IMG/VR virus record: IMGVR_UViG_3300023174_000140
Location: 12,759-76,758 of that record
Strand: one strand, 5' to 3'
Source: a virus
DNA: 64,000 nucleotides
In this document: piece by piece, positions 34,097 to 45,072 of the stretch
Layout: each line of letters begins with the position of its first letter
How positions within the stretch are numbered: the stretch's first letter is position 1
Notes under the pieces: generated by a model
Told to the model about the DNA's origin: nothing
Database searches by the model: none
Seen by the model: only the letters and a program-made list of their open reading frames with translations
Position numbers and translations under genes: made by a program

Positions 34097-35937
34097 TATA
34101 CTCTCCAGATAAATATAAAAAAGATTATCCAGACATTAATACAGAATTAATGAATCTTAAAGGTATTCTTAACGATAAAGATGCAAAAATATCTCTTGCT
34201 AAATTTTTAAGAGCCAATTTAGGATTTACTACTGAACTTATAAGTGGTATCAAATTAGCTCCGTATCAAGAAATTCATCTTAAGGGTTTATTAAATAGAA
34301 ACTTTAGTATGTGCGTATTTGGTCGAGGTTGTGGTAAGAGTTTTATCGCAAGCGTATTTTGTTTTCTTCAATGCGTTTTTGAGCCTAATACTAAAATTCT
34401 AATTGCAGGGCCAACTTTTCGAACAGCTAGATTCATATTTAATAATCTAGAAAAAATTGTAAATAGTAAAGGCGCAGAACTTCTTCAACAAGCTTTTGGT
34501 TCAAAAAGCAAAAGAAATGATCAATATGAATGGTCGATTAATGGTGGAAGCATTGTAGCTATTCCTTTAAGTGGAGAAAAGATTCGAGGATTTCGCGCTA
34601 ACGTATTAGTGCTTGACGAGTTCCTTTTGTTGTCAGAGGATATTGTTAAAACTGTATTGATGCCATTCTTGGTTGCCCCACAAAATATGAAAGAAAGAAT
34701 GGAGATTAGAGAAATGGAAGACACTTTAATACGAGAGGGAGCAATGAAAGAAGAAGATCGAATGGTTTTTGAAAATAACAGTAAAATGATAGCTCTTTCT
34801 TCTGCAAGTTACACATTTGAGAATCTTTATAAAACGTACAACGAATGGATAGAAAAAATTTATTCAAAAGAAGCCACAGAAGCATCTTATTTCGTATCTC
34901 AATTAAGTTATGAAGCTTTACCACTAGAGATGATAGATAAAACAATTATTGAAGAAGCTCAAAACGGTGGATCAAGTCATAGTAGTTTCTTAAGAGAATA
35001 TTGCGCAAGATTTATTGATGGTAGTGATAGTTATTTTAGCGCTAAAAAGATGGAAGACTGCACGATTCCAAATGGTCAATCTCCACATACTTTAATGAAA
35101 GGGATTCCTGGAAAAAAATATATTCTTGGTATTGATCCTAATATGAGCGATAGCCCTAATGCAGATTATTTTGCCATGGCAGTAATGGAGATTGATGAAG
35201 AAACTAAAACTGGCACATTAGTTCATACTTATGCTGGATTAGGAAACTTAAAAAATCATGTTAATTACTTATATTATATTATGACTAATTTTAATATTGT
35301 ATTTATGATTTTGGATAACGCTGGCGCAGATGTATTTCTTTCTGCTTGTAATCAATCTGAATTATTTAAAAGCAATAATTTAATAATCAATACTTTTGAA
35401 TTTAACTCTGATCTAGAAGGAGTAGACTATGATCAAGAAATTAGAAAAATTAGAAATAATTATAATTTAGAATCCAAGAAAATAGCTTTTAACCAAGTCT
35501 TTACAAGCAACTTTATTCGTAAAGCTAACGAGCATCTACAAGCATCTATTGATTATAAAAAAATATGGTTCGCTAGTAAAACTTGTGCAAATGATAGCTT
35601 TTTTGAATCTCAGTTTAATCAAAATATACCAATAGATTTAATGAAAACAGAGGAAAAGAAAGATTGGTCTACTCTAGACTTTATTGAAAATCAGGATGAC
35701 TTTATATATCAAACTAAAAAACAATGTACCCTAGTAGAGCATTCATCTACCGCTAGAGGTACACAATCATTTGATTTACCTCAACACTTAAAAAGAAGTT
35801 CTTCAGCGAATAAAGCTAGAAAAGATAATTATTCTGCACTTTTATTAGTAAATTGGGGTTTAAAGTGCTATAATGATATAATAAACGCACCAAAAGAAGA
35901 AATATCACAGACTTTCACCCCAATAATGATAAAATAA
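34093..35937 (+). CDS. terL: terminase large subunit
   Basis: GRGCGKS Walker A, IRGFRANVLVLDE Walker B, REY.A.F, ILGIDP nuclease domain, RKD.YSA. Confidence 0.92.
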   Translation: MIYSPDKYKKDYPDINTELMNLKGILNDKDAKISLAKFLRANLGFTTELISGIKLAPYQEIHLKGLLNRNFSMCVFGRGCGKSFIASVFCFLQCVFEPNTKILIAGPTFRTARFIFNNLEKIVNSKGAELLQQAFGSKSKRNDQYEWSINGGSIVAIPLSGEKIRGFRANVLVLDEFLLLSEDIVKTVLMPFLVAPQNMKERMEIREMEDTLIREGAMKEEDRMVFENNSKMIALSSASYTFENLYKTYNEWIEKIYSKEATEASYFVSQLSYEALPLEMIDKTIIEEAQNGGSSHSSFLREYCARFIDGSDSYFSAKKMEDCTIPNGQSPHTLMKGIPGKKYILGIDPNMSDSPNADYFAMAVMEIDEETKTGTLVHTYAGLGNLKNHVNYLYYIMTNFNIVFMILDNAGADVFLSACNQSELFKSNNLIINTFEFNSDLEGVDYDQEIRKIRNNYNLESKKIAFNQVFTSNFIRKANEHLQASIDYKKIWFASKTCANDSFFESQFNQNIPIDLMKTEEKKDWSTLDFIENQDDFIYQTKKQCTLVEHSSTARGTQSFDLPQHLKRSSSANKARKDNYSALLLVNWGLKCYNDIINAPKEEISQTFTPIMIK

Positions 35938-35956
35938 GTGTAATATCTTTAAATAA

Positions 35957-37897
35957 ATGAGTAAAAAAAATAAAATCCATCAAGTTGAAGCATCTATAGC
36001 TATACCAAAAGAAGAAGCAACACCATTAATGGTATATGGATCTGATTCTTCTAGCGCCAAAAGAGCTAAAATATCTGAAATTAGAGCCAATACAACCTCA
36101 ACAAGAAGAAACGCTGCGTCCACCATAGAAAGAACTAATAGATTCACTAATATTGATACAGGATTAATTCCTTTTAGATATTCTAATTATGTAAAAAATC
36201 TTTCAACTTTAGATGTTAGAGATGCTATTATTTTATGCCAAAAGGCTTATTATAATGTAGCTATTTTCAGAAATACAATTGATTTAATGACAGAATTTTC
36301 TGATAGTCCAATTTACTTAACTGGCGGAAGTCAAAAGTCAAGAGAATTTTTTGAAGCATATTTCAAAAAAATTAATTTAGCAAGTTTTCAAGATCAATTT
36401 TTTAGAGAATATTATAGAAGTGGGAATGTATTTACTTATAGATTTGATACTTCTTTGAGCAGCGAGCAACTATTAAAAATAACACAAACTTTTGGTTCAA
36501 AATTAAAATCCATAGCTCAAGATGGAGATATTAAAATTCCAGCAAGATATACTATAATTAATCCAGCAGATGTTTATGTTGGTGGCACAGTAAATTATTC
36601 TTTTAATACATATTATAAATTATTGAGTGATTACGAATTAGAAAGATTAAGAGACCCAAAAACTGATGAGGATATAGAAGTATACAATTCTATGCCAGAT
36701 ATTGTTAAAGAACAAATAAAAAATAAAGGAAATTCTTATATTCTAATGCCATTAGATAGAACCAAATTAGCGGCAGTTTTTTATAAGAAGCAAGATTACG
36801 AACCACTTTCCATTCCAATGGGATTCCCAGTACTTGATGATATCAACTGGAAACTTGAAATGAAGAAGATGGATATGGCCGTTACAAGAACAACCCAACA
36901 AGCAGTTCTTCTTGTAACAATGGGAACTGATCCAGAAAAAGGTGGAGTTAATCAAAAAAATCTTCAGGCTATGCAACAATTATTTGAGAACCAAAGCGTT
37001 GGTAGAGTTCTAATCGCAGATTATACAACTAAAGCAGAATTTGTAATTCCAGATATTGGAAATCTTATTGGGCCTCAAAAGTATGAAGTAGTAGATCGTG
37101 ATATTCAAATTGGATTGAATAATATTCTTATTGGTAATGAAAAATTTGCAAATACAAGCATCAAGGTTCAAGTGTTTGTTCAAAGATTAAAGCAAGCTAG
37201 AGAAGTATTCATCAATGAATTCTTAATTCCAGAAATTAGAAGAATGAGTAAAGATATTGGCTTTAAGAATTTTCCAACTCCAACCTTCCAAGATATAGAC
37301 ATCAAAGATGATGTTCAATATTCTAGAATTTATAATAGGCTAGTTGAATTAGGAGTATTAACCGCAGAAGAAGGATTAGCTGCAATTGAAACTGGAAGAT
37401 TACCAACCCAAGAAGAATCTCTAGAATCTCAAAGGAAATTTAAAGAATTAAGAAACGAAGGTCTTTATCAACCGCTTATTGGCGGATCAACTCCTCAAGC
37501 AGGAAGACCAGCTGGTACAACTGGAATACCTCAAAGCACAAAAAATGTAAGTCCAATTGGTAAAAAACCAACTCAAACTAAAGCTAATTTTTCAATAACA
37601 AAAATTAAAGAGAATATTCTAGCTATTCAAACTCTAGAAGAAGAAGTAAAATCTGCAGTTAGAAAGAAGTTTAATGTTAAAAAATTAAGCAATCAACAAA
37701 AGGAAAATGCAGAAAAGATATCTGAAATTATCATAGCTAACGAAAATCCAGAAAATTGGGTATCTAAAATTGAAGAATACATAGAAAAACCATTTGATAA
37801 AAATCAAGATAATCTCAACGAAATACAAGAAATAGCAGCACAACATCAAGTAACTGAATATTTAGCTAGTATATTATATCACAGTAAATTTAATTAA
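35957..37897 (+). CDS. portal protein
   Basis: Follows TerL; AYY...FRNTIDLM.EF, FFREYYRSGNVF; size and synteny. Confidence 0.8.
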   Translation: MSKKNKIHQVEASIAIPKEEATPLMVYGSDSSSAKRAKISEIRANTTSTRRNAASTIERTNRFTNIDTGLIPFRYSNYVKNLSTLDVRDAIILCQKAYYNVAIFRNTIDLMTEFSDSPIYLTGGSQKSREFFEAYFKKINLASFQDQFFREYYRSGNVFTYRFDTSLSSEQLLKITQTFGSKLKSIAQDGDIKIPARYTIINPADVYVGGTVNYSFNTYYKLLSDYELERLRDPKTDEDIEVYNSMPDIVKEQIKNKGNSYILMPLDRTKLAAVFYKKQDYEPLSIPMGFPVLDDINWKLEMKKMDMAVTRTTQQAVLLVTMGTDPEKGGVNQKNLQAMQQLFENQSVGRVLIADYTTKAEFVIPDIGNLIGPQKYEVVDRDIQIGLNNILIGNEKFANTSIKVQVFVQRLKQAREVFINEFLIPEIRRMSKDIGFKNFPTPTFQDIDIKDDVQYSRIYNRLVELGVLTAEEGLAAIETGRLPTQEESLESQRKFKELRNEGLYQPLIGGSTPQAGRPAGTTGIPQSTKNVSPIGKKPTQTKANFSITKIKENILAIQTLEEEVKSAVRKKFNVKKLSNQQKENAEKISEIIIANENPENWVSKIEEYIEKPFDKNQDNLNEIQEIAAQHQVTEYLASILYHSKFN

Positions 37898-37916
37898 TTT
37901 TGTGTAATTTTATTAA

Positions 37917-38225
37917 ATGCGTACATTTAATGGATTACAAGTATTTACTACTCAACTGACTAATTCTGGACAATTAGATCTTAGATATATTAGAATTACT
38001 GGAAACCAAGACGTACAAAATTTAAAAACTTTTAATGATGGTTTAGTTTTATCTAAAAATAATTCAGTTAGTATACCAAGCTCTTCAAATCCTGTCTCTA
38101 GTCCAGTCGGAGTAACTGGGCAGATGATATTTTCATCTCCTCATATTTACATATGCACACAAGTAGATCAACCTAACAACTTGTATACTTGGAAAAGACT
38201 AATGATACAGGATTTTCCATTATGA
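37917..38225 (+). CDS. short tail-fibre-module protein
   Basis: MRTFNGLQ.FT.QLTNSGQLD.RY N-terminus shared with 40032; C-terminal G..GQ..F...Y.C..W.R module. Confidence 0.65.
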   Translation: MRTFNGLQVFTTQLTNSGQLDLRYIRITGNQDVQNLKTFNDGLVLSKNNSVSIPSSSNPVSSPVGVTGQMIFSSPHIYICTQVDQPNNLYTWKRLMIQDFPL

Positions 38226-39967
38226 GCTTAAAATCAGTCCAAACATACGAAGTTGGCGCTAATGGAGTTCTTAAACCAGTTCCTAATCTTGTATTTCAAA
38301 CAGATGGTTGTGGTAATACAATTTTAGGAGGATCATGTTCTGATCTAATAGATGTAAGCAATATAAGCGTTGATGGTTCTGGAAAATTCCTAGGTTTCGT
38401 TGATTATAATATATCTGCTGTAATTGTTGGAGGGGCATGTAATGTTAGTAATAATGCTGGGGCTTCTTTTATAGGAGCTGGACAAAATAATTTTATAACT
38501 GGTTCTACATGTGCTCTTTATTTTACTGATCCCATATACGGATACAGTCCTAGTTGTTACATTCATGGTTCAAGAAGTTTTATTGGCGGTGGAACAAATA
38601 ATTCTGTATGTAGTGCAAAATCAGTAATAGTTGGTGGACATAATAACAGCATAAAAGGAACAACCTGCGCTCAGATGCAACAAGGTTACCCATACAACAT
38701 TCAATATCCAGGAACAATAACAGGTGAATATCCAGATACTCAGACTGTATTTGGTACGTCTAATTTTGGTATTATATGCAGTGGTCCTGGATACAATGGA
38801 ATAGTTGGTGGAAAAAATAATTCCATTGATGCAATTTTTTCAATTATTGGCGGAGGTTTAAATAATAAAATTATTTCAGAAAGAGAAAGGGTAACATATT
38901 ATAATAACGGAACACTTCCTATTAATGGTAATTTAAGTGGACAATTTAATTTTATTGGTGGAGGAGAAAATATTTTAATAAACAATTCTTGCCATTCTGC
39001 AATATTAGGAGGAAAAAATAATTCAATTGATAAAAGCAATAGTTCTGTATTAGTAGGTGGATGTTGTAATTTAATAACTGGAGTTCCAAGAGGACCTGGT
39101 GGTGGAGCTAATTTGTCAAGACTTCCTGGTTCCAATGATACTTTAGTAGGGGGATTCCGTAACTGTATTATTACAACCGCTGGCTACGGGAGTAATCAGT
39201 TTATTGGTGGAGGAGCATGTAATATTTCTTCTGGAGTTTATGGGAGCGTAATTATTGGAGGAATGAATAATATTAGCAAGAGTAGTGAAGCTTTTATATT
39301 TGATTCTGACTCAGTTAATGTTATACTTGGAGGATCTTGTAATTCAATTTCTGGAGGACAAAATGTAATTTTTGGAGGTCTTTTTAATAAAATAACTTCA
39401 AATTGTTGTTCATCAATTATAGGTGGAAATTGTAATACTATAACAAGTAATTGTGCATCTATTGTAGGCGGCTTTCGTAATAATGTTTCTCATCTTGGAG
39501 CAGTATTAATCGGAGATTATACTTCTAGAACTAAAACTTCAGCAGGAAATCATACTCTTTCTTTAGATTTTGCATCTGGAATACTTTTAAGATCTGAATG
39601 TGTGCCATTAACTCACACAAGCAATGGATATAGTGGGCAAATTAGTTTTGATAAAGATTATTTTTATAGACATAATGGTGATTATTGGACAAAAACACCA
39701 ATGCTAACTGGATCTGGATCACAAATAATAATACAAAACCAAGGGTCCAATCAAAGCATAGCTTCTATATTAAATTTTTCTGGAAATGGAGTATCAACTT
39801 ATACAGTTGGATCAATTGCTACGATTATAATAAGCGGAACATCTTTTGCAAATCCACCCGCAAATTTTAATAGCCCTGGTACTCTTGGGCAGATTGCATA
39901 TGATGCTAATTATCACTATAGACATAACGGAACAAATTGGACAAGAACAGCAATGTCCATTTGGTAA
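38222..39967 (+). CDS. tail fibre/adhesin with Gly-Gly-x-x-Asn beta-roll repeats
   Basis: Many S.I.GG.NN repeats; two C-terminal GQI.(F/Y)D..Y.YRHNG..W modules. Confidence 0.7.
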   Translation: MSLKSVQTYEVGANGVLKPVPNLVFQTDGCGNTILGGSCSDLIDVSNISVDGSGKFLGFVDYNISAVIVGGACNVSNNAGASFIGAGQNNFITGSTCALYFTDPIYGYSPSCYIHGSRSFIGGGTNNSVCSAKSVIVGGHNNSIKGTTCAQMQQGYPYNIQYPGTITGEYPDTQTVFGTSNFGIICSGPGYNGIVGGKNNSIDAIFSIIGGGLNNKIISERERVTYYNNGTLPINGNLSGQFNFIGGGENILINNSCHSAILGGKNNSIDKSNSSVLVGGCCNLITGVPRGPGGGANLSRLPGSNDTLVGGFRNCIITTAGYGSNQFIGGGACNISSGVYGSVIIGGMNNISKSSEAFIFDSDSVNVILGGSCNSISGGQNVIFGGLFNKITSNCCSSIIGGNCNTITSNCASIVGGFRNNVSHLGAVLIGDYTSRTKTSAGNHTLSLDFASGILLRSECVPLTHTSNGYSGQISFDKDYFYRHNGDYWTKTPMLTGSGSQIIIQNQGSNQSIASILNFSGNGVSTYTVGSIATIIISGTSFANPPANFNSPGTLGQIAYDANYHYRHNGTNWTRTAMSIW

Positions 39968-40031
39968 AGTTTAATAAAAATAATAGTGTAATCCTTTCTA
40001 AGGATAATTTATTTCGAGTGTAATATATTTT

Positions 40032-40319
40032 ATGCGTACGTTTAATGGATTACAAATATTTACTTCACAGCTTACTAATTCTGGGCAATTAGACGCTAGA
40101 TACGTAACTTTAAATACGAACCAAACTATAACTGGATTAAAAACTTTAAAAAGTGATTTAATTTTTCAACCAAGCTATGTACCTTCTAATCCTAATTCTC
40201 CAGGATATAGCGGACAAATAGCCTTTAATAGAGATTATCTTTTTATTTGTGTTAGCGGAAATGGAATCAATGGAGATTGGAGATCTACACCAATTGCTAC
40301 AAATTGGGCTTTAAACTAA
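40032..40319 (+). CDS. short tail-fibre-module protein, paralog of 37917
   Basis: Shared N-terminus, QTITGLKT and C-terminal module. Confidence 0.65.
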   Translation: MRTFNGLQIFTSQLTNSGQLDARYVTLNTNQTITGLKTLKSDLIFQPSYVPSNPNSPGYSGQIAFNRDYLFICVSGNGINGDWRSTPIATNWALN

Positions 40320-40320
40320 T

Positions 40321-42042
40321 ATGAGTAATATTACATACAATCAAGTCTTGAGTCTTCAAAAAGTCCCAAATGGAGGGTTCGCTTACATTAATGCAAATGA
40401 AGGAATAACTCTTAATAGTGGTCAGCAATTTTTTATTGATACCGTTGGTACTGGATTTTTTCCACCAGTATCTTTGGCCTCTACAGATAAAAACAAATAT
40501 AGAAAACAAAAATGGTTAAGTATAGGTTTAGAAGGAAATACTTTTAGAAGATATATTAACGAAAATAGTGGACTATTAGGTATTCCTGAAAATTTACAAC
40601 CTGGAAATTTTGTTTATTATACTATTGAGCCTAAAAGCAGTCTACTAGAATCTGGTGCAGGAAATTCAAACACTAGATACATATCTTCTTTAAGAGCAAA
40701 ACCTTATATGGTAATGGAAAATGATGCGAAAAGAGATAACAGTTATGAAAAAACTCCAGCCAGTCTTTTTACTGGAGTTTCTGGAAATAACAACTTTGTC
40801 GTATTTCATCCCAAAAGTAAATATAGCGGATTAGCTTTACAATCAATAAGATTTCATCCAATTATTGGCAATGGATATTCAAATTATGACCTAGTAAGTG
40901 GAAAGATAATAAATATTCAACCAAAAAATCATCATCTTGAAACATTTATAGAAATTAATGTTAAAAGTGGCAATAAAATTAATTATGGTAATAAAGATAG
41001 ACAATCCTACTTTTTAACATATCCAACTATAGCTAGTGGAAGAGGAATTGGTATAGTAGGAGCACCAATTTTAGAAGCTAACGGAATTTATGTAGGAAAT
41101 AATTCTAACCTTGAGCCAAGTTATTGGATAAATGAAAATAATTATAGACTATATAATAGCGGTAGTACCAATTTATACGTAATAGCTCAACCAAAAAATT
41201 CAAATATTAGTTACAGTATAGCTCCTGATTTAATTAATTTTACAAATATATATAGATCATCTGGAAATGCAACTTATCCATATAATTATACTAGATTTGC
41301 AGATAATAATCATACATATTTAGGTCAAAATAGCATCTATACCTCTGGATGGAGAAACGTAAACGATTCTTCGAGTGTCCCATTAAAGGTTTCTAGTATG
41401 TCACTTAGCCAGACTAACAATACTCCTTCTTTATATGTTTTAAGTAGCGGCAAAAGATTTGGTTCTTTTGCAAGCGCAAATGTTAATCCAACAGGAGCAT
41501 ATTTATTACCTAAATTTTCTATAAATGATTTACCTCCTGTTAAAATTGGAAAATATATGAGATTTACAACTGACGTTAGAGGAGCTGCATATACTTCGGC
41601 TTCAACTTTAACTGCTAATTTAAGATATTTTAATCCTAATTTTATATTCGAAAACGATGGTATTTCTTATTTTCCAAATACAACATCGTATTCTTTACAA
41701 AATGAAATTATTAAAAAAGAAAGAGTTAATTTTAAAAAAGCGCTATCACCTAATCTGCATCAAGCTAAAAAAGTTAATTTAAAAATTAAATTTGATAGAG
41801 ATGATAAAGCAGAACAGACCCTGCTAGTTATCAAAAACACTTATCCTGTTGTGGAAAAAACGTATATTGGTTATGATAGAGTGCTAGAATTCTATGATGA
41901 AAAAGATAATAATACTTATTCCCAAATTCCATTTTATGCAATTTCTGGAAGAGATTATGAATTTAATCAAAATGAACTTTTCATATATAAGTCTAGACCA
42001 GACTTTAATGATCCAAACCAACAAAGTGTAATTAGATGGTAA
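40321..42042 (+). CDS. hypothetical virion protein
   Basis: 573-aa beta-rich ORF in the structural block. Confidence 0.55.
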   Translation: MSNITYNQVLSLQKVPNGGFAYINANEGITLNSGQQFFIDTVGTGFFPPVSLASTDKNKYRKQKWLSIGLEGNTFRRYINENSGLLGIPENLQPGNFVYYTIEPKSSLLESGAGNSNTRYISSLRAKPYMVMENDAKRDNSYEKTPASLFTGVSGNNNFVVFHPKSKYSGLALQSIRFHPIIGNGYSNYDLVSGKIINIQPKNHHLETFIEINVKSGNKINYGNKDRQSYFLTYPTIASGRGIGIVGAPILEANGIYVGNNSNLEPSYWINENNYRLYNSGSTNLYVIAQPKNSNISYSIAPDLINFTNIYRSSGNATYPYNYTRFADNNHTYLGQNSIYTSGWRNVNDSSSVPLKVSSMSLSQTNNTPSLYVLSSGKRFGSFASANVNPTGAYLLPKFSINDLPPVKIGKYMRFTTDVRGAAYTSASTLTANLRYFNPNFIFENDGISYFPNTTSYSLQNEIIKKERVNFKKALSPNLHQAKKVNLKIKFDRDDKAEQTLLVIKNTYPVVEKTYIGYDRVLEFYDEKDNNTYSQIPFYAISGRDYEFNQNELFIYKSRPDFNDPNQQSVIRW

Positions 42043-42065
42043 TTTATGAAATATTTTTTACATAG

Positions 42066-42213
42066 CTCTAATAACGTGACCATCTCTGCAGTCCATAAGG
42101 ACAACAGAAAGAGTCTAGAGAATCAAGCTCGCACCCGTAAAAAGATGCAAACAAATTCAAGTGATTTTCCCCAAAGTCTATACAGACCATATGGGGGGGT
42201 CACGTTATTAGAG
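42066..42213. other. 148-bp element closed by a perfect 16-bp inverted repeat, with internal hairpins (candidate structured RNA)
   Basis: CTCTAATAACGTGACC (42066) / GGTCACGTTATTAGAG (42198); internal GTCC-ATAA-GGAC and CCCCA..GTCT-ATAC-AGAC..TGGGG. Confidence 0.6.
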
Positions 42214-42224
42214 GGAGTAAAAAT

Positions 42225-42467
42225 ATGAAAGAAAGAATAGAGTTAAAATATATAAATCTGGATGGAAAACTTATTAAAGTCCAAGGAGAGAATTTATATT
42301 TTAATAATAAGCAAATAAATCTGGATGGAAGTGCAGGCTTATTTAAGAGTGCTCCAGTTTCTGCCAATTCATCAGGGACTGCGGGAGATATTGCTTTTGA
42401 TAATCAGTATTATTATATCTGCATAGCTACAAATACTTGGATAAGAACGGCTTTGGCCTCTTGGTAA
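42225..42467 (+). CDS. short tail-fibre-module protein
   Basis: P.SANSSGTAGDIAFD.QY.YIC.ATNTW.RTALASW. Confidence 0.65.
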   Translation: MKERIELKYINLDGKLIKVQGENLYFNNKQINLDGSAGLFKSAPVSANSSGTAGDIAFDNQYYYICIATNTWIRTALASW

Positions 42468-42515
42468 ATATTAAATTTAAAATAATAGTGTAATCCTATA
42501 TAAGGATTAAGGATA

Positions 42516-43721
42516 ATGCCAAGAAATAGAATAATCTACAATGTAGAAGGTTTATATGTTGCTCCATATAGCGGCGAGCAAAATGCAAGTTCTGATTATT
42601 ACTTAGCTAATAATATTATTCTTAAAAGATTAGAGAAAATACAAAATTTCAATTACTCAATCCAACAGCCCAGATTAAATGCTCAAGGTTTTGGGCAAAA
42701 ACAAAATATATTTCGCGGAATTTCTGGACCACCAGAAGTAACTTTTAATTTTTCGTATATTCCTGATGGTGTTACAAATGAAAATAGATTAAATTTCAAT
42801 GTTAATCATTTTTCTGGATTTAATGCCCCAATGTTTTCTGGATTATGCACTAATAGCGGATTACTAAATGATAGAGATTTTTATCTTGTAATAAACAAGA
42901 ATGATGATGATTTATTTTCTGAAAACGCTACACTAACAAATTCTTTAATTAATCCAATTAATACTACTCAAATAATAAATTCAAATAGTCAAAATTATGG
43001 ATTACTACATTTTCAAAATTCTTATCTCAATGAATATTCTTTTAATGTTTCGCTTGGAAATTTACCAATAGTAAATCAAAGTTACGTTGCTGATAATATA
43101 GTTTTTTATACTAGTGGATCTGGCGTAAAGTATACTTTATTAGATTTAAGATCTGGAATCAATCAAGTAAATAATAATACAATAATTATTCCAAAAGCTT
43201 TAAATTATAATCAAACTGCAATAAGTGGACAAAATATTCTTCTGCCAGGAGATGCAACTGTTAGTTTTTATACAAGTAATACTGGGGTTTTATTTTATAC
43301 TGATACAATTCAAAGCTTAGATTATTCATTATCTTTTAATAGGAAATCTTATAGAGCAATTAATTATAAATTCCCATTATTGAGAAAAATAGAATTCCCA
43401 ATTAATGGAAAATTAAATACAAGCTTTATTGTTGAAGAAAATCTTGTTGGTTCATTTTTTGATACTTTAAATAGAGATGATGATTATAATGTTGTTGTTG
43501 ATTTTAGTAATTCAAGAAAAGGAGTAGATAAAACAAAATTGATTTTTAGTGGCTGTAAATTTACAAATATTAATTACGACTCTTCTATCGGAAGTAATAA
43601 AACTGCTACATTAAGCTTTGATTTTGATCTTGATCCAGATTTTGGAAGAAGAGGGTTATTTGTTAGTGGAAATGTGTTATATGGTGTTTTAAATAATCAA
43701 AAGAAAGTATTGATATTTTAA
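42516..43721 (+). CDS. putative tail tube-like structural protein
   Basis: MPRNRIIY...IQ.FNYS...P.V..NFSY...SSIGSNKT pattern; SD present; function inferred. Confidence 0.5.
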   Translation: MPRNRIIYNVEGLYVAPYSGEQNASSDYYLANNIILKRLEKIQNFNYSIQQPRLNAQGFGQKQNIFRGISGPPEVTFNFSYIPDGVTNENRLNFNVNHFSGFNAPMFSGLCTNSGLLNDRDFYLVINKNDDDLFSENATLTNSLINPINTTQIINSNSQNYGLLHFQNSYLNEYSFNVSLGNLPIVNQSYVADNIVFYTSGSGVKYTLLDLRSGINQVNNNTIIIPKALNYNQTAISGQNILLPGDATVSFYTSNTGVLFYTDTIQSLDYSLSFNRKSYRAINYKFPLLRKIEFPINGKLNTSFIVEENLVGSFFDTLNRDDDYNVVVDFSNSRKGVDKTKLIFSGCKFTNINYDSSIGSNKTATLSFDFDLDPDFGRRGLFVSGNVLYGVLNNQKKVLIF

Positions 43722-43753
43722 TTTTTAATATATATAATATAGTGTAATATCTT

Positions 43754-44038
43754 ATGAAAACTATGCTATCTAAAATATTTGGCCCTAATTGGAGATCTAG
43801 CTCGTCTGGCATAGCTACAGTTGTAGCAGTTTGTACTGCAATAGCAATTCACTCTGACCCTTCATTAGTAGCATTTCTTCCAGATCAAGCAGAAGTTTAT
43901 ATTCTTGGAATTTCAAAATTAATAGCAGTTGTTTCTGGTATTATTTTTGCATTAACAGTAAAAGATGCAGCAGTTACTGGTGGAACAGTAGCTCAAACAA
44001 CTGAAGCAAAAGATAAAACAAATGGAGAAAATATATGA
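43754..44038 (+). CDS. putative holin
   Basis: Two TM helices, NWRS..G...VKDA..TG; precedes lipoproteins. Confidence 0.6.
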   Translation: MKTMLSKIFGPNWRSSSSGIATVVAVCTAIAIHSDPSLVAFLPDQAEVYILGISKLIAVVSGIIFALTVKDAAVTGGTVAQTTEAKDKTNGENI

Positions 44039-44484
44039 ATAAATTACAATTAGTACTAGTTGCTCTTTTGAGCTTATTTCTTGGCGCTTGCGCCACAACA
44101 CCAACTGGTAAGGTTGATCCAGCAACAAGTGTTTCAAATGCACTTCCTTATGTAAAACCAGCAGTTGTATTAGCTTGCACAGTAGTTCTTGATCAAGCTC
44201 TTTCTCCATCAGATAGAATAGAAAAAGCTAAAATGATTAATCATGTCGCAAGTATTGTCGAAGGGCTAACAGCTGGAACTGCTCCAACTCCAGCAGAATT
44301 ACAAAAATCTCTAACTGATTATCTTCCAGAAGAAAAAACTCATTGGGCAAATTATGTTACTGTAATCAAAGATCTTTATGCTCAACAATTCGCAAGGTTA
44401 GACGGCAATACAGCTTTAGCTATAAAGGTGCTTAACGCTATTGCATCTGGATGTAAAGATGCAACAGCAAGTTACGTAGAGTAA
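44035..44484 (+). CDS. lipoprotein
   Basis: Lipobox LGAC. Confidence 0.7.
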   Translation: MNKLQLVLVALLSLFLGACATTPTGKVDPATSVSNALPYVKPAVVLACTVVLDQALSPSDRIEKAKMINHVASIVEGLTAGTAPTPAELQKSLTDYLPEEKTHWANYVTVIKDLYAQQFARLDGNTALAIKVLNAIASGCKDATASYVE

Positions 44485-44486
44485 TT

Positions 44487-44687
44487 ATGCCAACTGGAAT
44501 ACTGCAAGCATTACTCTCAGCAGTATCTGGAATATTCTCAGCAATTAATAATGTATTCGGAGCAAAGAATACAAAAGAAATGAAAGAGCGTCAAGAAGCT
44601 CAAAAAGAAGTTAACCATCAAAGCGAAATAGAAAAAGAAGTACAGGAGAAAAATCTTGAAGAAATTCGTAAGCGCATTAGTTCTTAA
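44487..44687 (+). CDS. putative inner-membrane spanin (Rz-like)
   Basis: Hydrophobic N-terminus plus coiled coil; overlaps the next lipoprotein gene. Confidence 0.45.
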   Translation: MPTGILQALLSAVSGIFSAINNVFGAKNTKEMKERQEAQKEVNHQSEIEKEVQEKNLEEIRKRISS

Positions 44688-45072
44688 TCTTCTTATTGTT
44701 GGTTGCACGACCGTAACACCAAATAAAATACAAGATGATAAATCATCCTATGACGCAACTACTCCAAAACAATACGATAAAGATAATGGCGGATTAATTT
44801 CTTTTATTGGAGATGATGCATTAATTACAAAACAGGCTAGAGATAGATATAATAATCTTGTTGAAATGTATAAGATCAAATTTAAAAAAGAAAAAGCAAT
44901 AGAACTAAAAATAGATTCTGGCATTAAACCTTATAAAGATAATTTTAATAATGAACTATATCTTATTGATAGTGAACATCTTGTTTATTTTGGAGTTTTA
45001 AACTCTTGGTTAAAAGAAAAAGTTCCTCAAGATAATATCATAGACAAGACCATAGATAAAATAAATAATTAA
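44656..45072 (+). CDS. lipoprotein, putative outer-membrane spanin (Rz1-like)
   Basis: Lipobox IVGC; overlaps the previous gene. Confidence 0.5.
   Translation: MKKFVSALVLNLLIVGCTTVTPNKIQDDKSSYDATTPKQYDKDNGGLISFIGDDALITKQARDRYNNLVEMYKIKFKKEKAIELKIDSGIKPYKDNFNNELYLIDSEHLVYFGVLNSWLKEKVPQDNIIDKTIDKINN

Noticed and set aside
34093-37897. Introns/inteins in TerL or portal
   Set aside because: ORFs are continuous with normal sizes; no intein or homing-endonuclease motifs were recognised.
42046-42228. 60-aa ORF as a real protein
   Set aside because: Coincides with the 16-bp inverted-repeat element and lacks protein-like features; not excluded but unsupported.
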